Shown: piece after piece, positions 39,338-54,344 of the stretch | Layout of the letters: each line of letters opens with the position of its first letter | Position numbering within the stretch: position 1 is the stretch's first letter | Origin: the human T2T-CHM13v2.0 reference genome, Homo sapiens | DNA length: 64,000 nt | Reading direction: 5' to 3' (one strand) | Assembly (NCBI RefSeq): GCF_009914755.1 | Contig: NC_060940.1 | Translations under genes and position numbers: made by a program | The notes under the pieces: generated by a model | Databases searched by the model: none | What the model was told of the DNA's origin: nothing | The model's input: only the letters and a program-made list of their open reading frames with translations

Positions 39338-39346
39338 GGGGCGGGG
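39338..39346 (+). promoter_or_regulatory. GC box (Sp/KLF, GGGGCGGGG)
   Basis: Exact consensus in the proximal promoter. Confidence 0.6.
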
Positions 39347-39944
39347 AGGCTGGGTGGGAGTGATAGGGAGGGAGGGACCGACCGCCATGAGAAGGAGGGG
39401 AGCGCCCAGGGTCAGGCTTGGAAAACGTAATTTAAGCGCACTGGGAGATGAGTTCGGAAGACGAAAGGCTCAGGTGAGTGGCGCAACTTTTTCGCTGCCT
39501 GTGCAGACTTCTCATTTTCAACTCTTCTGGCAAAGAGTCAAGATAGCGTCCTCAACACCTCCTAAGTGCTGGGAGCTATCCCCTGCTGTATCGCATTTGC
39601 CTCAGGCCCTACCTTTTTCAGGTGGGAATTATTAATTCCTTGATAAAGATGAGGAAAAGGAGGCTCAGATGCGCACAAGCTGACCTAGCTTCCCAGAGTC
39701 AGCAAATCTGAGGCAGCCGGGAGGACCAGAACAATGAGCTGTCACTGTCTGCAGCATGTAAAAACTCATGGCACGCGGGGGCCTCCCTCTTCTCCCGGAT
39801 CTCTCTCTCTCTTCTTGACGTGACCGTGCTTCCCACTCTTCGAGATTGAATCTTGGCCCCAGATACCCAAACCCACAGAAATCAGTTATAACAAACAGCG
39901 CACGCCATCACTAGGAATGTGCATCCAGTTTGCTGTGTGCCTGT

Positions 39945-40670
39945 TCATTTACTCAAGACATTTATTTGATCCTTTGATCCCTGTTTGCAGAGGTGAACAA
40001 AATACAGTCTCACGGGCCAGTGGAAACGAATCTGATTGGATAGCTCGACAACGGTAATAGAAGCAAAATGAACACAAATACTAAAAAGGAAAAGAATAGT
40101 CTCCTAAATTAGATGGCAGCAGAATCTAATTTAGATGGGATAAGATGTGTGTGTGTGTGTGGGTGTATATACACACACACACACACATATATACACACAC
40201 ACACACGCATACATACACGTGCAAGGCATCTGTTAGGAGCTGACACTTAAAATAAGGCCAGAGAGAGTGGATCGGTTTTATAAGGGAAGAGGGGAGTAGG
40301 ATCTTGCATGTTAGGACAGGGGGCACAGCATAAGTGAAGGTCTCAAGGTAGTTAAGTGATTGCCACGTGAAAAGTGTTACAGGCCAGAGGAAGAAGCAAA
40401 CACAGCAGTTGCTGGGTCAGCTGGACCTTGTAAGCTGGGGCGAAGCATGTTGGAAACCATTAGATTTAAATGAATGTGGGTTTGTGTATGTGTAGGAGGC
40501 AACATCATGTCCAATAATAAAAAAAAGTGAACCATTTTTTGAGCGAGTGTAGGGATTGGACGAGCTGAGGCAGGGTCAGAGAGAAACAAACCAGGCAGCT
40601 GTTGCTGGCATGAAGGGGTACAATGACAGTGTCTTGCTTGGACCAGGGTAGTGGTAGTGGAGGTAGATGT
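39945..40670 (-). mobile_element. Degenerate L2 fragment
   Basis: ttcatttactcaagacatttattt...ggaaaccattagatttaa...cttggaccagggtagtggtagtggaggt. Confidence 0.5.
40145..40221. repeat. (TG)n-TATA-(CA)n inverted dinucleotide repeat
   Basis: Palindromic about gtgta-ta-tacac (centre 40168/40169). Confidence 0.9.
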
Positions 40671-41585
40671 ATTACTCTGCTCAGTCCTGTGGGTACTGAA
40701 GTAGTTAACATGAGGTCTATGTCAAGCCTCGATTAAGTGATAGCTCAATACACATAGTCGGTTTTATGGAATGCAGCTGGGAAGAGGTAAACCCAGGCTG
40801 TAGCGGCAGAGAAGGTGATGTGTCTGCCTAAGGAACATGAAGCTAAGCCTCACAGAACATCAGGGCTAAACAAATCATTTGGGTTTCCCTACTTAATCTG
40901 GTTAAGCTCTGTGGCCTCTGTTTTATAATCTGTAAAATAGGAATCAACATGCTACATCAAAAGGATAGCCTGAGGGGTAAGTGAATATATTTTTCAAAGC
41001 ACATTATAAGTGGACTTTAAGAAGTGATGGTGTATTTCTGTTATTTCATACATCCTGTGTCAAACTTGAATATACGTCAAAATCACCTGTAATGCTAGCT
41101 TAAAAATGCAGATTTCCAGGCCATGAAGCACTGTGATTCTGATTCCATGGATTTGGTGTAGGGCCCAAGCATGCATTTGTAGTAAGCACTTGTGGGTGAT
41201 TCAGACACAAGTGACTTAAGTGCTTCATATGATTCCATGAAGAACTGGACACAAGAGGAAACTGGACATCAAAGACATGCAGTAAAACACTGCTGGAGGT
41301 CACATCACCAAGCAACGGACTGAATAAAACAGGAGACTGGGATTGACAGCACTGTCAGCGACATCATCAGGTGAACACTGACGGAACCTGGAGGGTGAAG
41401 GGCTTGTCCACACTCAGCTAAAAATAACCATGGCCCTGATTTGTGTCTCTCCATTAAGATACATTTGCATGAAATTGTCCATATTTTTCTGATCCTCCTC
41501 TTTTAGGGCTAACAATATAGGTTACTTGCCATGGTCAGGGCTGAAGTCTCGGAGAACAACCCTTAACTATGCTCTATGCTCAATT

Positions 41586-41797
41586 GTGGAATTTCTCAAT
41601 CTCAGCAGTACTGAGATTTGGGCTGGATAATCATTTGTGGTAGGGGCTATCATCCTGTACATTATAAACATAGGATGTTTAGCAGCATTTCTGGCCTCTA
41701 CTTCACTAAATGCCAGTAGCAGCCCCCAAAATGCAACAAAATGTTGTGAGATTTCCAAATGTTTCCTGGTGGGTAAAATTCCCCTAGTTGAGAACCT
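41586..41797. mobile_element. MER20
   Basis: gggctggataatcatttgtgg...ggatgtttagcagcatttctggcctcta...gttgagaacc. Confidence 0.78.
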
Positions 41798-42589
41798 GGA
41801 TAAATAGTACAGATTCCCAGTCCTATTCTGTGACATTTTTTTGTTGAGTGCCCATTTTTTTTTGAGAGTCTAGAGGGCTCCTCTTGAACCTAATGTAAGT
41901 AGTTTATCCTTAACTGATTTTACAGCTATTCCTCCATACCCCAGTCAATCTTTGCTCTCCACAGATTCAAGTCCTCCATGATTGGGCACAGAAACTGAGA
42001 CTCATTTCTTGCATAGTTCTAGACCTGGAAGATAAAAACTTGCAGTTCCATTCATTTGTAGATGTCTAGTCTCTTTTTTAGGGCTGATAAATACTTGCAA
42101 AGCCATAACTTCTGGGATGATTTTATACGTAGTTTTCCAGGAACTGGCCCTGCAATATGTATAAATTGTCTCTAGATGGTGACAGAGAATCATGAGCCCA
42201 TGCTGCAGTCTTGGAGTTACAAACTGCAAAGTAGCTTTTAAGTTACTTGGGAATGTCAGTCTTACCTGATTTTAAAATGATAAATCTAGGACACTACAAT
42301 GGCTATCTGAAGTTTGCAATAAACTAATGGGGATATGGGGGGGCAGAGCTCATCGCTGATGTGTTGTATTCTGTCAGACGTAGCCCAGAATATGCCACGT
42401 AACAGACATTCATAAATGTTTGTAAGAGGAGCAGAGGGAGGGAGGGAGGGAGGGAGGAATGGGGGGAAATTTGAGATAGAGAGATCACAGTGTTTCACTC
42501 TTAACCACGAAAAATATTCCTCCTTTCTCTTCCTTTAAAATCAATGGTACAGTTCTAGGCATTGATTTTCTTTTTCTACTGACATAAGC

Positions 42590-42630
42590 TTTTTTATTTT
42601 TTTATTTTTATTTTTATTTTTATTTTTTTT
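42590..42630 (+). repeat. (TTTTTA)n
   Basis: Direct reading. Confidence 0.85.
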
Positions 42631-44951
42631 GCCAAATAACATTAAGATACTTGCCTCCTCCTAGACAGATCAAAAAATAAATGGCAAACCACGTTGCTTA
42701 CTCACTTTCCTTTGTCCCTGGATTCATGAAGATGCAAACATCCCTTCCATGGAAAGTAAGAAACACTTACTGCCTCTTCCGGTGCAGTTGACTTTCTGTG
42801 CTATGACTGACTAACTCCTTATTTGCTCCTCTCCTTTTCCGTCAGCGAGTAGAGGGAAACTCTTCCTCCTCTAGCTGCTCAAAGCTGCATCAAACAGTGG
42901 GCTGGGTCTTACTGAACGGGTGTCCAGTACTTTCCTGTAGAAAACATTTTGATGTCCAAAGAGATAGATGTCCATAGTCACACATCTAAACCTAGAAGAG
43001 GGTAAAATAGAACACAAGGCTTAACTTATTTCAACACAGTAGCCAAAAGGAAAAGAGAGAGATGGAAATGGATTTACCTCCTTGAAGGCCTAAGACCTAA
43101 GGGCTACTTTCTGGTCAATGTCTCAGAAATGCAGTCCAGTTAGCAACCCAGACCTCAAAAACAATGGGGAGGAGAGAGAGGAGGTGAAAGAGAACAGAGC
43201 AGCAGGTCCTAACTGTTTTCCCTCCAGAGATAACCATCCAGAAAGATAAAGAGTTTATTTTGCCACACAAAGAATGAAATTCAAACGAGTGACAGGAAAC
43301 AAACTTCTGTTTACTTATTAGCAACAATACAGGAAGCAGAACCCCTTAGTTTAAATAGTTTTGTAAATAGATCCATCATCACACACAATTTAGCAATTAC
43401 CAACTGCTCTCCTTCACCTGCTATTTATTCTTCTGCTTAACTTTCTGAGGACGTTGGTATCCATTTCTTCCCTTTAAAACCTGTGCTTGTCTGACTTATC
43501 TATCTGATAAGGTTTTCTCTGCTCATCTCATTTTCTCTGTTTCTTTGTACTCTGGCTGCATGGGCTTGCTTTCTTTGGTCTATTTTTAGTCGTTTCCCAA
43601 GCCCTACTATTAAAAGTAGCATGCTTGCCAGAGGCTGAAGAGGTAGAATTAGAACTAGACTTCTAATTTCCACAAGTGAACTGGAGGCCAAGTTCTGACC
43701 TCTCTGCGCAGTGAACAGTGGAATATATTCTTTGTAAAAGCTCTGGAAAATATCAGGCTGCCTAAGAAAGGCAAATAACTTTTGTTTACATGGAGTATTT
43801 TCTCCTTCTTTTCCACTATCATGAGCCCATCATGAACAAGCTCAGATGTCTGCCCCAACGATTCTCAAACTCTCATCTCTAACACCATCTTGGCCCCACT
43901 AAGCCTTTGTCCTGGAACAGCAAGGATTGGGTACTACTGCTGATCAAGAACACCCAGAACATGGTTAGAAATACACATTCTTGGGCATCCCTATAAGTAT
44001 TTCCATTAAGTGGGTCAGGATTTCTGATGTAACTAAATATTATCACAAACCAAGAATTATGACCCACAGTACTTGCACTTGAATGCCAGCAACACCTCCT
44101 AGTCAATAGGACTTAAAGCTTTTGGATGCTTTTGACTCATTTCTTATTCGTGGAGGAAGCAAAATATAGCAGAAAGAATAAAGGGATTTAAACCTGGAGT
44201 TGTTGGCTGTCCTCCTGAGCTGCAAAAAGAAAATACAGATAAAAGTAGAAAAGAAAGGAAAATACACAAGTTCCAGTCTGAGGCCAATATTTCTGTCTCT
44301 TCTCCTTTGATCCTTGAAATCACCACCAGTTAAGCCAAGAAATCTTTCTCCAACCCTATTTCCCCCTTTATATTAGTCTGTTGCATTTCTATTTCTTTCA
44401 TTGAAAGTTGTCAGTACTTTTACTATGTGATGTTAAACATGAAGTCTTAGCATGGCCATCTCTAACACAGGGGAGCAATGCCTACCTCACATCTATTTAT
44501 TTTCATGAGGATTGAATAAGGCAACATACGTAAAGTGTCTAATGCAAATCCTCAACCACTACTGCTCAATGAATGGTAGTGTTCTTCCTCTTTCTTAACT
44601 TTCCTTTGATTCTTATTCCTGTAGCCAATCCCTTCCTAAGGCTGTGAACTCTTGTGTAGAGGTGAATACTTCAGTCTGAGCCCTGATATTGCCCATTTGA
44701 TTTCAGAATTGCAATTCCCAGAAACAGTGACTGGGTGAGCATTAGAAAATGATGTTCCCTATTGCATAGGCACAAAAAACGTGACCAAAAGTTGGAAGCT
44801 ATGAAAATTAGGAAAAGAGCAGCCCTCTGGGCTAATAAAGTCTTGTGGGGACAGAATGAAGAAGCCTAAGACCTACTGGATTTCATTTTAGCTCACCTCA
44901 AGGCAGGATACAGCCATTCATCATGCCCAGCATGGGTTGCCATCTCCTTAG

Positions 44952-45263
<312 letters not shown>

Positions 45264-48200
45264 AGGCCTTTTCTCATCTTAGATTGGGGAACTAAATAGG
45301 AGCAAAGATTCAGTCCACCTACTTCTATGAACTGCATTACAATTTCTAAGCTACCAATTCTGCTTTTTTCTTCCATTTACATGCATCCTTTCCATGTACT
45401 CACACTGTCTCCGGGGGCTCTTTCAAAAGGCTTGGCTGTGAAGGTGAAGATAAGTACATTATATCCTTTGTCAATTAACATTCATTCTCAACAACCTGCA
45501 ATCTGGCTTCTGTCCCCAGTCACATGTTCTTCTAAATAAAAGTGCAATAAAGTTTATGAATAAATGAATAGAAATAGAGAGATGTAGACCTTTCTCCTTT
45601 CACTCAGAACCATTAAAAATGCTAGAGAAAGAGAACCCATGCTAATCTTTAAATCATTGTAGCATTTGAAACTAATGACCACTGCCTGTTTTTTGAAACC
45701 CTCTTACCTCCATAGCTTCCAGGTCATTACTTTGTCCTGTTTTTCTGAGTTCCCCCCACGCCTCTTTTTTTTAATTTTTACTGATAAACTTTTTTTGACC
45801 TTTTTGTCTCTTAAATATTGGGCTTCAGACTTTGGTCCTTATCCTTCATTTTTTCTCACAAGGTAATCTCCTCTTTTCCTGAGCAATCAGGGCCCATCTG
45901 ATCTGCTGATGAGTCCCAGGTCTATTATTTCAGCCTAAATTTCTGTGCCAAGCTCTAGACACTTATTCCCTACCACTTACAGAGCATTTTTAACTAAATG
46001 AATTCGGAGGCACCTTAAACTTGATAAGGCACCAAGCATAGGTCATCGGCTATTGTCCATATGCCCAGAATCCCAAACTGGGAAGCTTGGGAGTCATCCT
46101 AGGATATGGGGGGTGTAAGGAGTCACCTAATCATGCTTTCTCAATGACTCTGTTCCTCTCCATACTCGTTGCAATTACCTTATTTCTGACCATTAGCATC
46201 TGCCACCCTTAAAGACTCAAAAAAGGAATTGTCTCATCCAGGCAGACTTCCCTGACCACCCTGGCTGAGCTAGGCTGGATTAAGCACACCTCCAAGTGTC
46301 CCCATAATAACCCACCATTCCCCTACGGTCTCTGTCATAAAAATGAGACAGTACAATAGAGGCCGTGACCACCAACCCAACTAATGCTGCTGTGTCAGCT
46401 GTTTAGAGCAGGGAGATGTCATTGCCATCTTTGTTTCTAATACTAAGGGCTAGCACATACATGCTTGATAATATGTTAAATTGAAACCTCATTGCGCAGA
46501 AGGAAAACAATCCAGGCTGTTGAAACAGGCACTTTGAACCACCCCTTAAGCCAACACCAACTATGGAATCTTACTACTATTCCTGCACCCCATAAGGGAG
46601 AACTTCCATGACCAAGCAGGTTCCATACCTGCCTATCAACTATGTCCAGAGATTTTATTTGTTTTTATTCCTTCCCTCATTCCCCAGTTTTTTCCTCATT
46701 TTCATTCCATCTCTCACTCTCCAATACACAGTGGTTTCTTTTTCTCCTTCCCTTTTAAACTAAACTGTACATTATTGTTGTTGTTCAAATAAGTCTAAGT
46801 GCCTTGAGACTTGCCCTCACCTATTTAGCCATACAATTCCCCACCTTAGCAGATCTTCTCAACCTTGGTGCTCATTGAGCAAGTCCTGCCCCCGGAGATA
46901 CTGAGTTAATGGGTCTGAATGCACATTGGAATTCTTTTTAAAGCCCTCTGGCTCCAGGTGAATATAAGAGCCAGCCAGATGAGAACCAACCATCATCTAG
47001 CCTCTCTGTGATCAGCATGTAGTCCCCAGACCATCAACAGCAGCGTCACCTGGGAGCACATTAGATATGCAAAGTCTCAGGTGACCTACTGCTTCCTGCA
47101 TTGGAGCCAGACCCCCAGGTGAGTGTGTGCACACATTAATGTCTGAGAAATGCTGTTGTAGAGTCACACAGAAACTTGACAGTAACAGGATGCACTCGGA
47201 GAGTCCCCTGCCCTCAGTAACCTTCAGTTTCCCTCTCTACATGATGGTGAAAATAATAGTGCTGTCTCACATGGATGTGGGGATCATGATCATCAGGTGA
47301 AATGCCACATTAAGCATTTGTTAAGTAGTAGCCTTGTTACCATTCTCTCTGTCTCCTTTATCCCTCCGCCCGATGTGGTGGGGGTGGAGCAGAGCAAGTA
47401 CACTGTTTACTCCTAGGATGCTGGCTATGGGATCCCACGAAGCACAGCTAATAGGAGGCTTGCAGATGCTGCATTCACATCCAAATTAAACATTTCCCAT
47501 TATAAGCACACAAACAGGTTGCAACTCCCTTGACTTTCTGCATCACCCAAAACACCCACCACGATCTGGCCTCTGGACACCCTGTCTACCCAGTTACGCA
47601 GTCACCATCCTGCTGAGAGTGCCGTGTGAAGCTGCACCCTATTACACAGGCAATTTGTTTCCAAGAGCTGCATAGTGACTTGGCCCCCACCACGCGTGAG
47701 ACTGGTGTTTCCACAAGACTGCAAGGCACAATTTCAAGAGGCAGATCATTTAAAACTAATTATTGGAACTCAACTGGCTTTTACAAGGAATTAATTTAAG
47801 GAATCCAAGGTGCCAGAGGGAGAATAGTAGAAGAGATGGAGTGGGGAGGGACATGTGTCTTATTTTTAAAGCAGTCTGGGATCTATTTAGAGAGGTTGCA
47901 AACATAAGGGTTGTGTCCAGAGAGCAACCTAGTACTTTATATTGCTCTCTTTCTGCAGGGTCCCACCGTCCCCTGTGATTGGATGGAGTGTCTCGCATTT
48001 TACATTGTCCCTGAGAGGAGAGGAGCCCTTTGGAAAAGTCTGAAAAGCTAACATTGAACTGGGACATAACAGCAGCCTTGGGACATCAGAGCCTGCTTGT
48101 GCCTGCTCTGCACTATTGGATGTTTTTATGTGTACTACATTAAGAGCTTCCATCTCTCTGGACAAAGGGGAGAAGCGCTTCCGTGGTGGGTGGCCCCAAT

Positions 48201-48759
48201 TAAACCCTGTGCCTAGTGAGTTTCCGCCCAGGCTGACTGGAAGTCAGCCAGGGCTGATTAGAGAGCAGGTACCTCAAATGGCCCAGCACGGCCATAATGA
48301 AATAGTCCTGGAAAATTGCTAAATGACATAGAGGAAAATCATTACAATTGAAATGCCTCCCTCCCCCTTACCCTCTATAACATAAAGAAACACTTCAGAA
48401 TTGCCTAAATATTGCTTTGCCCAGTGAGTTAACTGTATAGTAAATGAAAGATCTCTCACAAACACACAGCTTTGAGCATACTGCTTTAATTATGAAATGT
48501 TTATTTTGTTTAAAAGCACATAAAGAAGACAAAAACAGAATAAAGAGGAAACAAAAGCAACTTTCCCCTTCTCCACCCCTAAAAAACAAATAAATTGTCA
48601 CATACACTATAGAATCGACTAGTAGGCTTAATATGGAAGGATTTTAGATATTTCTTCACTTAAAATAGTAATAAGTATTTGCTTTTTATGACAAAATCTA
48701 TACAAGCTCTTCCTGAAAACATTGAAAAACACAGAAAAGTATAATGAGAGACTAAGAAT

Positions 48760-48876
48760 GGCTCAGGTGCTGTGGCTCATGCCTGTAATCCTACCACTGT
48801 GGGAGGCCAAGGCAGGAGGATCCCTTGAGCCCAGGAGTTTGAGACCAGCCTGGGCAGCATAGTGAGACCCTGTCTC
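48760..48876 (+). mobile_element. FLAM/AluJ left monomer; its A-tail is displaced to 49181-49195
   Basis: gtggctcatgcctgtaatcc...ggatcccttgagcccaggag...gcatagtgagaccctgtctc. Confidence 0.85.
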
Positions 48877-49170
<294 letters not shown>

Positions 49171-50956
49171 TCTGTCTCTTAAAAAAAAAAAAAAAGTAAC
49201 TCCGCAGCCATTCATCCACCCCTCAGAAATAACCAGAGTGAACATGATGTGGTATATCTTCCTTCTGTAAACACTGTTTTACATAGTTGAGAATGCATTG
49301 TGTATACTTTTGTGTTCTACCTTGACTAGTACTATATATGGAATATGTTGCAGATGTTAAGATTCCCTGAACAATTATCATTAATGGCTGGGACATAATC
49401 CATTAAAGGAGTGTAACGTAATGCACTTAGCAAAAATTTGGATGTCCCTTTGTCATGGGGCTACTAAGCTATGATAAGCAGTAGCAACATCTGCACCATA
49501 TAATAGGGAAAGGAAATGGGGACTCATGTTCCATAGGGTCCCCAATCCTTCAATCCTCCACCAACACCGTAAGGGGGTTATTACTCATCCACTTTAATAG
49601 ATAAGGAAACTGGGGCTCACTGATAGGTGAGATCACTGGCTGAGGTCACAGAGCAAGGAGGCAGAGCCAGGATGATGACCTAAGTCTGTCAGATTCTTTT
49701 TTCATCTGTATTCCTCATCCATGTGTAGACACAGAACAGTGAAGTCAAAAGAGCATGGTTTTGGAGTCCAGGTATGATTTGTCTTATACCTTGCAAATGT
49801 TAGGTGCCCGATAAATACCTGTTGCCTAAATGCTTTTTATTCTAATTAAAATTTTATGCATGCTATCACTCACAGACCTGGTGATTCCACCTGCTAAATG
49901 TTACATTTGGAAGGCCTTATCTTTTCACAAGCACTACAATTTAGAATTCAGCTTTACATATGAAGGGTATCTTAACTTTCATTGATAATGTAGAACCAGG
50001 AAAATAGAAGCAAGACAAGGCATGACTATATCTCAGAAAGTTCCATTGTAGGGGAGAGAGACCCTAGTTCGGTTTAGAAATGAAGAGTAGTGATAACGAT
50101 TAAACATACTCTCATTCATTGATTGCTTCCCTGGAATGGGGCCAAATTTTACATTACCATTTAAGGAAAATAAGCATCAAATTAGTTTTCTAATCTGGAA
50201 AATGAAAGCAAGACTGTCTAATGTGCAAAGAAGTAATTACCAGCTGACATAATTTGGATAAGAGGCAATGGTAGAATATGAAACTAGATCTGAGTCTGTT
50301 GTATTCTAGAAACACATGCTAGGTTCATCTCCCCGTTCTTTATTGGGTAGCCTGAGGCATTGGACCAGTGGGTGTGAACCACCCCCAGTCATGCCAGCAG
50401 TCATTTCAGGTTTCTAGGTGCTCTAATGTAGGAAGAGAAGCCCCTTGTACTCCAGGAAACTGCCAACAGATGTCTGTATAGCCATCCCTGAAGGCTTGAC
50501 CAGAAAACACCTCAGTGGAAATAGGTTTGGAAGTCATCCCTAATAGTCAGAATTACATGAAAAAAGTACCTTCACAGTTCACATGGGCTATCCCCGTTGC
50601 CAGTCACAAGCCTGACCCAAAATGGCATGTATATGCTTAAATTCTAGGGAAAAGGAGTTAAAGGAAGCAGAAATCAAGACATGCCAGCGGGAGGAGAAAA
50701 TTTACGAAGGAAAAAAAACCTTAGAGAGCAAAAATCAAAGCCAACAACCATCAAAGGGATGTAACACAATGTAAAATAAACCATTAATAGTATGTGAAAA
50801 GGTAGCATGGAGTAATATAAGTTGGTATGTATTAAATTGGAATAGCTAACTCCTTTGACCCTTACAACAGCCCTCTGAGACAGGTAATATAAATATGTAA
50901 ATGATTGTTGATAAACTCCAGGCTAGAGCACAAAATGCAGTCTCCTTGAATCTCAT

Positions 50957-51090
50957 GTTTTGTTTCTTTTTTTGTTTGTTTGTTTTTTAAGACAGGGTCT
51001 CACTCCAGTTGCCCAGGCTGGAGTGTGGTATGCAATCTTGGCTCACTGCGGCCTGAACCTCCAAGGTTTAGACGATTCTCCCATCTCAGC
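50957..51090 (-). mobile_element. 5'-truncated Alu right arm
   Basis: T-rich tail plus gacagggtctcact...ctcagc; flanked by tgaatct on both sides. Confidence 0.85.
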
Positions 51091-51426
51091 TGAATCTTTT
51101 TTTTTTTTTTAATCCTTCTATATAAGCCAGAGGACAGCTGAGTTCATCCTGTCCCTTGAAATGTGAACACCATCAATGTGATCCCTAATCCCATATAGTG
51201 TAGGAAGTCTAGCATCCTTGCCAGGACTTGAGTGACATCCTAGGGATCTGCTTCCTCATGTTCACCCACCCTAACTTTCCACTGTTCTTTCCTCTGTCCT
51301 ACATCAACCCAGACATAGAAGGTAGCTCCTTTAGTTTGTCCCAAACCACTCAAGGAAGGCATGCACGTATGTGTGTGCATGCACGCATGTGTTTGGCTGT
51401 TGTTAAATTTTGAAAACTCACACTGG

Positions 51427-51545
51427 TTTTATTTTATCGTGGTAAAATACATGTCACATAAAATTGACCATCTTAGACATTTGAAAGTGTAGAATTCAGT
51501 GGCATTAAGTGCATTCATGATGTTGGGCAACCATCCCCATCATAG
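51427..51545 (-). mobile_element. L1MB 3' end fragment
   Basis: gtggtaaaatac...accatctta...aattcagtggcattaagtgcattca. Confidence 0.7.
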
Positions 51546-52387
51546 AATGAGGTTTACATTACACAGGTGGAAACCAACTTAAAATGAGTATTAGATATCC
51601 CGTTTCTTACAAGTCAACTGACCACCCACCATGTTTCCTGAGTCTCTGTATTCCCCAGAGACTCCCCTTCCTCTCCCTTTTCCCTATTTTATGTGCAGAA
51701 CTATTTAGCCTCCATCCCATTCGGTTCCAGACCTATCTGAGCATATCAAATAACTTATTAATGTGCTCTGAAGAAATAAAAGATTGTTAATTCCTTGGCT
51801 CATTCCTCAGTAGAACAGAATAACTGACAGAGGGCATCTCAGCCCCCCATTCTGCTTGCCCAGTTCCCCCAAGTGACCAGCAGCTGAGAAGAGATGAATT
51901 ACTTCATGGCTATCAAGGGTGTCATTTCCCTGAAAAGGCAGAAACGTTAATCATCAGCTTCAGCTTAACACAAAAAATTGCTGTTGTTGTCAATTTCTAA
52001 AATGTGAAAGCTGGAATGCATTCTCTCCACCATGGAGCTGGAGTGAAACCAAGCCCAGTCTTCTCAAAATGGGTTCAGATTGACCCAGTGGGTCTATTTA
52101 TAAATGTAACCAATGAAAGGTCAATTCTATAGGTCATAATTTGAGAAGCACTCAATTTGGCATCAGCCTGAGCTCAGATTTCTTCATGGGAAGCCTTCCA
52201 AATCATTCCTAACTTCTCCAGTATGGATTTATAAACCTTCCTTGTGCTCTTTGAACATCCATAGGGCTCTTCAAACTCTGTCACAGGACATAGAAAATTA
52301 AAGCAAAAATTAAAATAAAGTAGAATGACTTCTCTGCTGGACTTCAAGACTCTGAGATCCAGGAGCTATGTACACACTATCTTTAAT

Positions 52388-52600
52388 GGTGGTTCTTTAC
52401 TGGGGACATTCTCCACCCAGGGAACATATGGCAATGTCTGGAGACATTATTGATCATCACAACTAGGCTGGGGGTTGTTGTTGGGATATCGTGTGCAGAG
52501 ATCAAGGATGCTGCTCAACCTTCTGCACTTCACAGGACAGAACCCCCCCAAGAAAAATTTATTTGGCCCAAAGTGTCAATTATGCCAAGATTGAGAAACT
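52388..52600. mobile_element. MER20
   Basis: ggcaatgtctggagacatt...aaggatgctgctcaacc...gccaagattgagaaac. Confidence 0.75.
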
Positions 52601-52705
52601 TTAATACTTAAGGTTTTTCATTTCACAAATATTAAGTACTATGTATGTGTCACATCTTGTGCTAAGGGATGGAAATACCTTGTGCCTGGTTTTTTTTTCC
52701 CCCTC

Positions 52706-53002
52706 TCCACGACATTTGAGAATGTTCAACTCTTGCTCTGTTGCCCAGGCTGGAATGCAGTAGTGTGATCTCAGCTCACTGCAACCTCCACCTCCTGGGT
52801 GCAAGAAGTTCTTGTGCCTCAGCCACCCAAGTAGCTGGGATTACAAGCATGCATCATAATACCCAGCTGATTTTTGTATTTTTGGTGGAGACAGGGTTTC
52901 ACCATGTTGGCCATGCTGCTCTCATACTCTGGCCTCAAGTGACTGGCCTGCCTTGGCCTCCCAAAGTGCTGTGATTACAGGCATGAGCCACCATGCCCAC
53001 CC
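52706..53002 (-). mobile_element. Alu (old S/J type) with degraded tail
   Basis: tcttgctctgttgcccaggctgg...gcatgagccaccatgccc. Confidence 0.9.
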
Positions 53003-54002
53003 ATGTTTTCTTACTGTAATTATTTTTGTGATAATCATAGTAAATACCCGGTAAGCATTAAAGGATGTAGCCTCCTACATCAACTCCACATATACAATAT
53101 TCATTTATATAATCTTTACAGTCACCCTACAGTGTTACTGTCTACTTCTCCCCTCACTCTTCCTTTTTAAACAAATGGTAGAGGGTAAGCTCAGAATGAT
53201 TGGGTAACTTTCCCAAGGCAACACAACATTTGATTTATGTTTCCTTGATTCATAACCACTATACACAATTGCCTGCCAGCTTAAAAGCAATTGGGAATCA
53301 TACTATCTGTGTCATAGGGCTGTTAAAAAGATTATTTAAGCTATCTTGTTTGGTGTATTTAATGATCCCAACACTGTAGCTGATTTAGAGATGCCAGATT
53401 GTCACTTGAGGTGAGTGATAAGGAAGTTTAAAAAGCAGCCATGATTGCAGGGGATTTAGAAGCCAAATTATTCCCCAGAGATGATGAAACTTTCTTGAAG
53501 ACCCTCTGCAGGAGAGTGAGCATGTGTATGTTGGACAGAGGCAAACTTGATGAATGGAAGAAAACAGAGCAAGAATCCTGGTAGATGATGTTGATGAGAC
53601 CCTGGATCAATTGACAAAATAATTTCTTAGAATCTCTATCCACCTCTTTTCAGTAAATGTTTCTATATCTTCACACAAGTAAAGAATGTTCTGTGCCTTC
53701 TCATATTACCAGGATTAAACATGCAAGGATCTTAGGGAAAATGTCTGCAAAAAGAAGTAGGGAAGGAGCTGGAAAGGCTGGGAAACTCGTCAGATCATAA
53801 AGTGGGTGGGCATGACCCCAAGTGAAGGAGAGAGGGAAAAAATGGAAATGGGTACACTGAGCCATAGACTTAGACTCAACTTACACTTAGACTTCTAACT
53901 CAACTTAGACATCCGTGCAGTAGAAGGAAGGTTCTAGAAGCCACAGAAAAGGACTCAAGCCACATTAGAGGAGTCCCGTGTCTCTTAGAAATATGTCTGC
54001 CT

Positions 54003-54344
<342 letters not shown>

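Larger units (their letters stand above)
38560..39480. promoter_or_regulatory. CpG island / ADAMTS18 promoter
   Basis: Very GC- and CpG-rich block spanning exons 1-2 and upstream sequence, against an AT-rich CpG-poor background. Confidence 0.93.

Noticed and set aside
38461-39388. Long ORFs (185-300 aa) in several frames over the CpG island
   Set aside because: Expected from stop-codon scarcity in GC-rich DNA. They are Ala/Arg/Pro/Gly-rich with no recognisable domain, and several start at non-ATG codons. Only the sub-segments described above are supported.
41344-41357. Palindromic TGACAG-CA-CTGTCA MEIS/TGIF-like pair
   Set aside because: Single short motif with no supporting cluster; compatible with chance.
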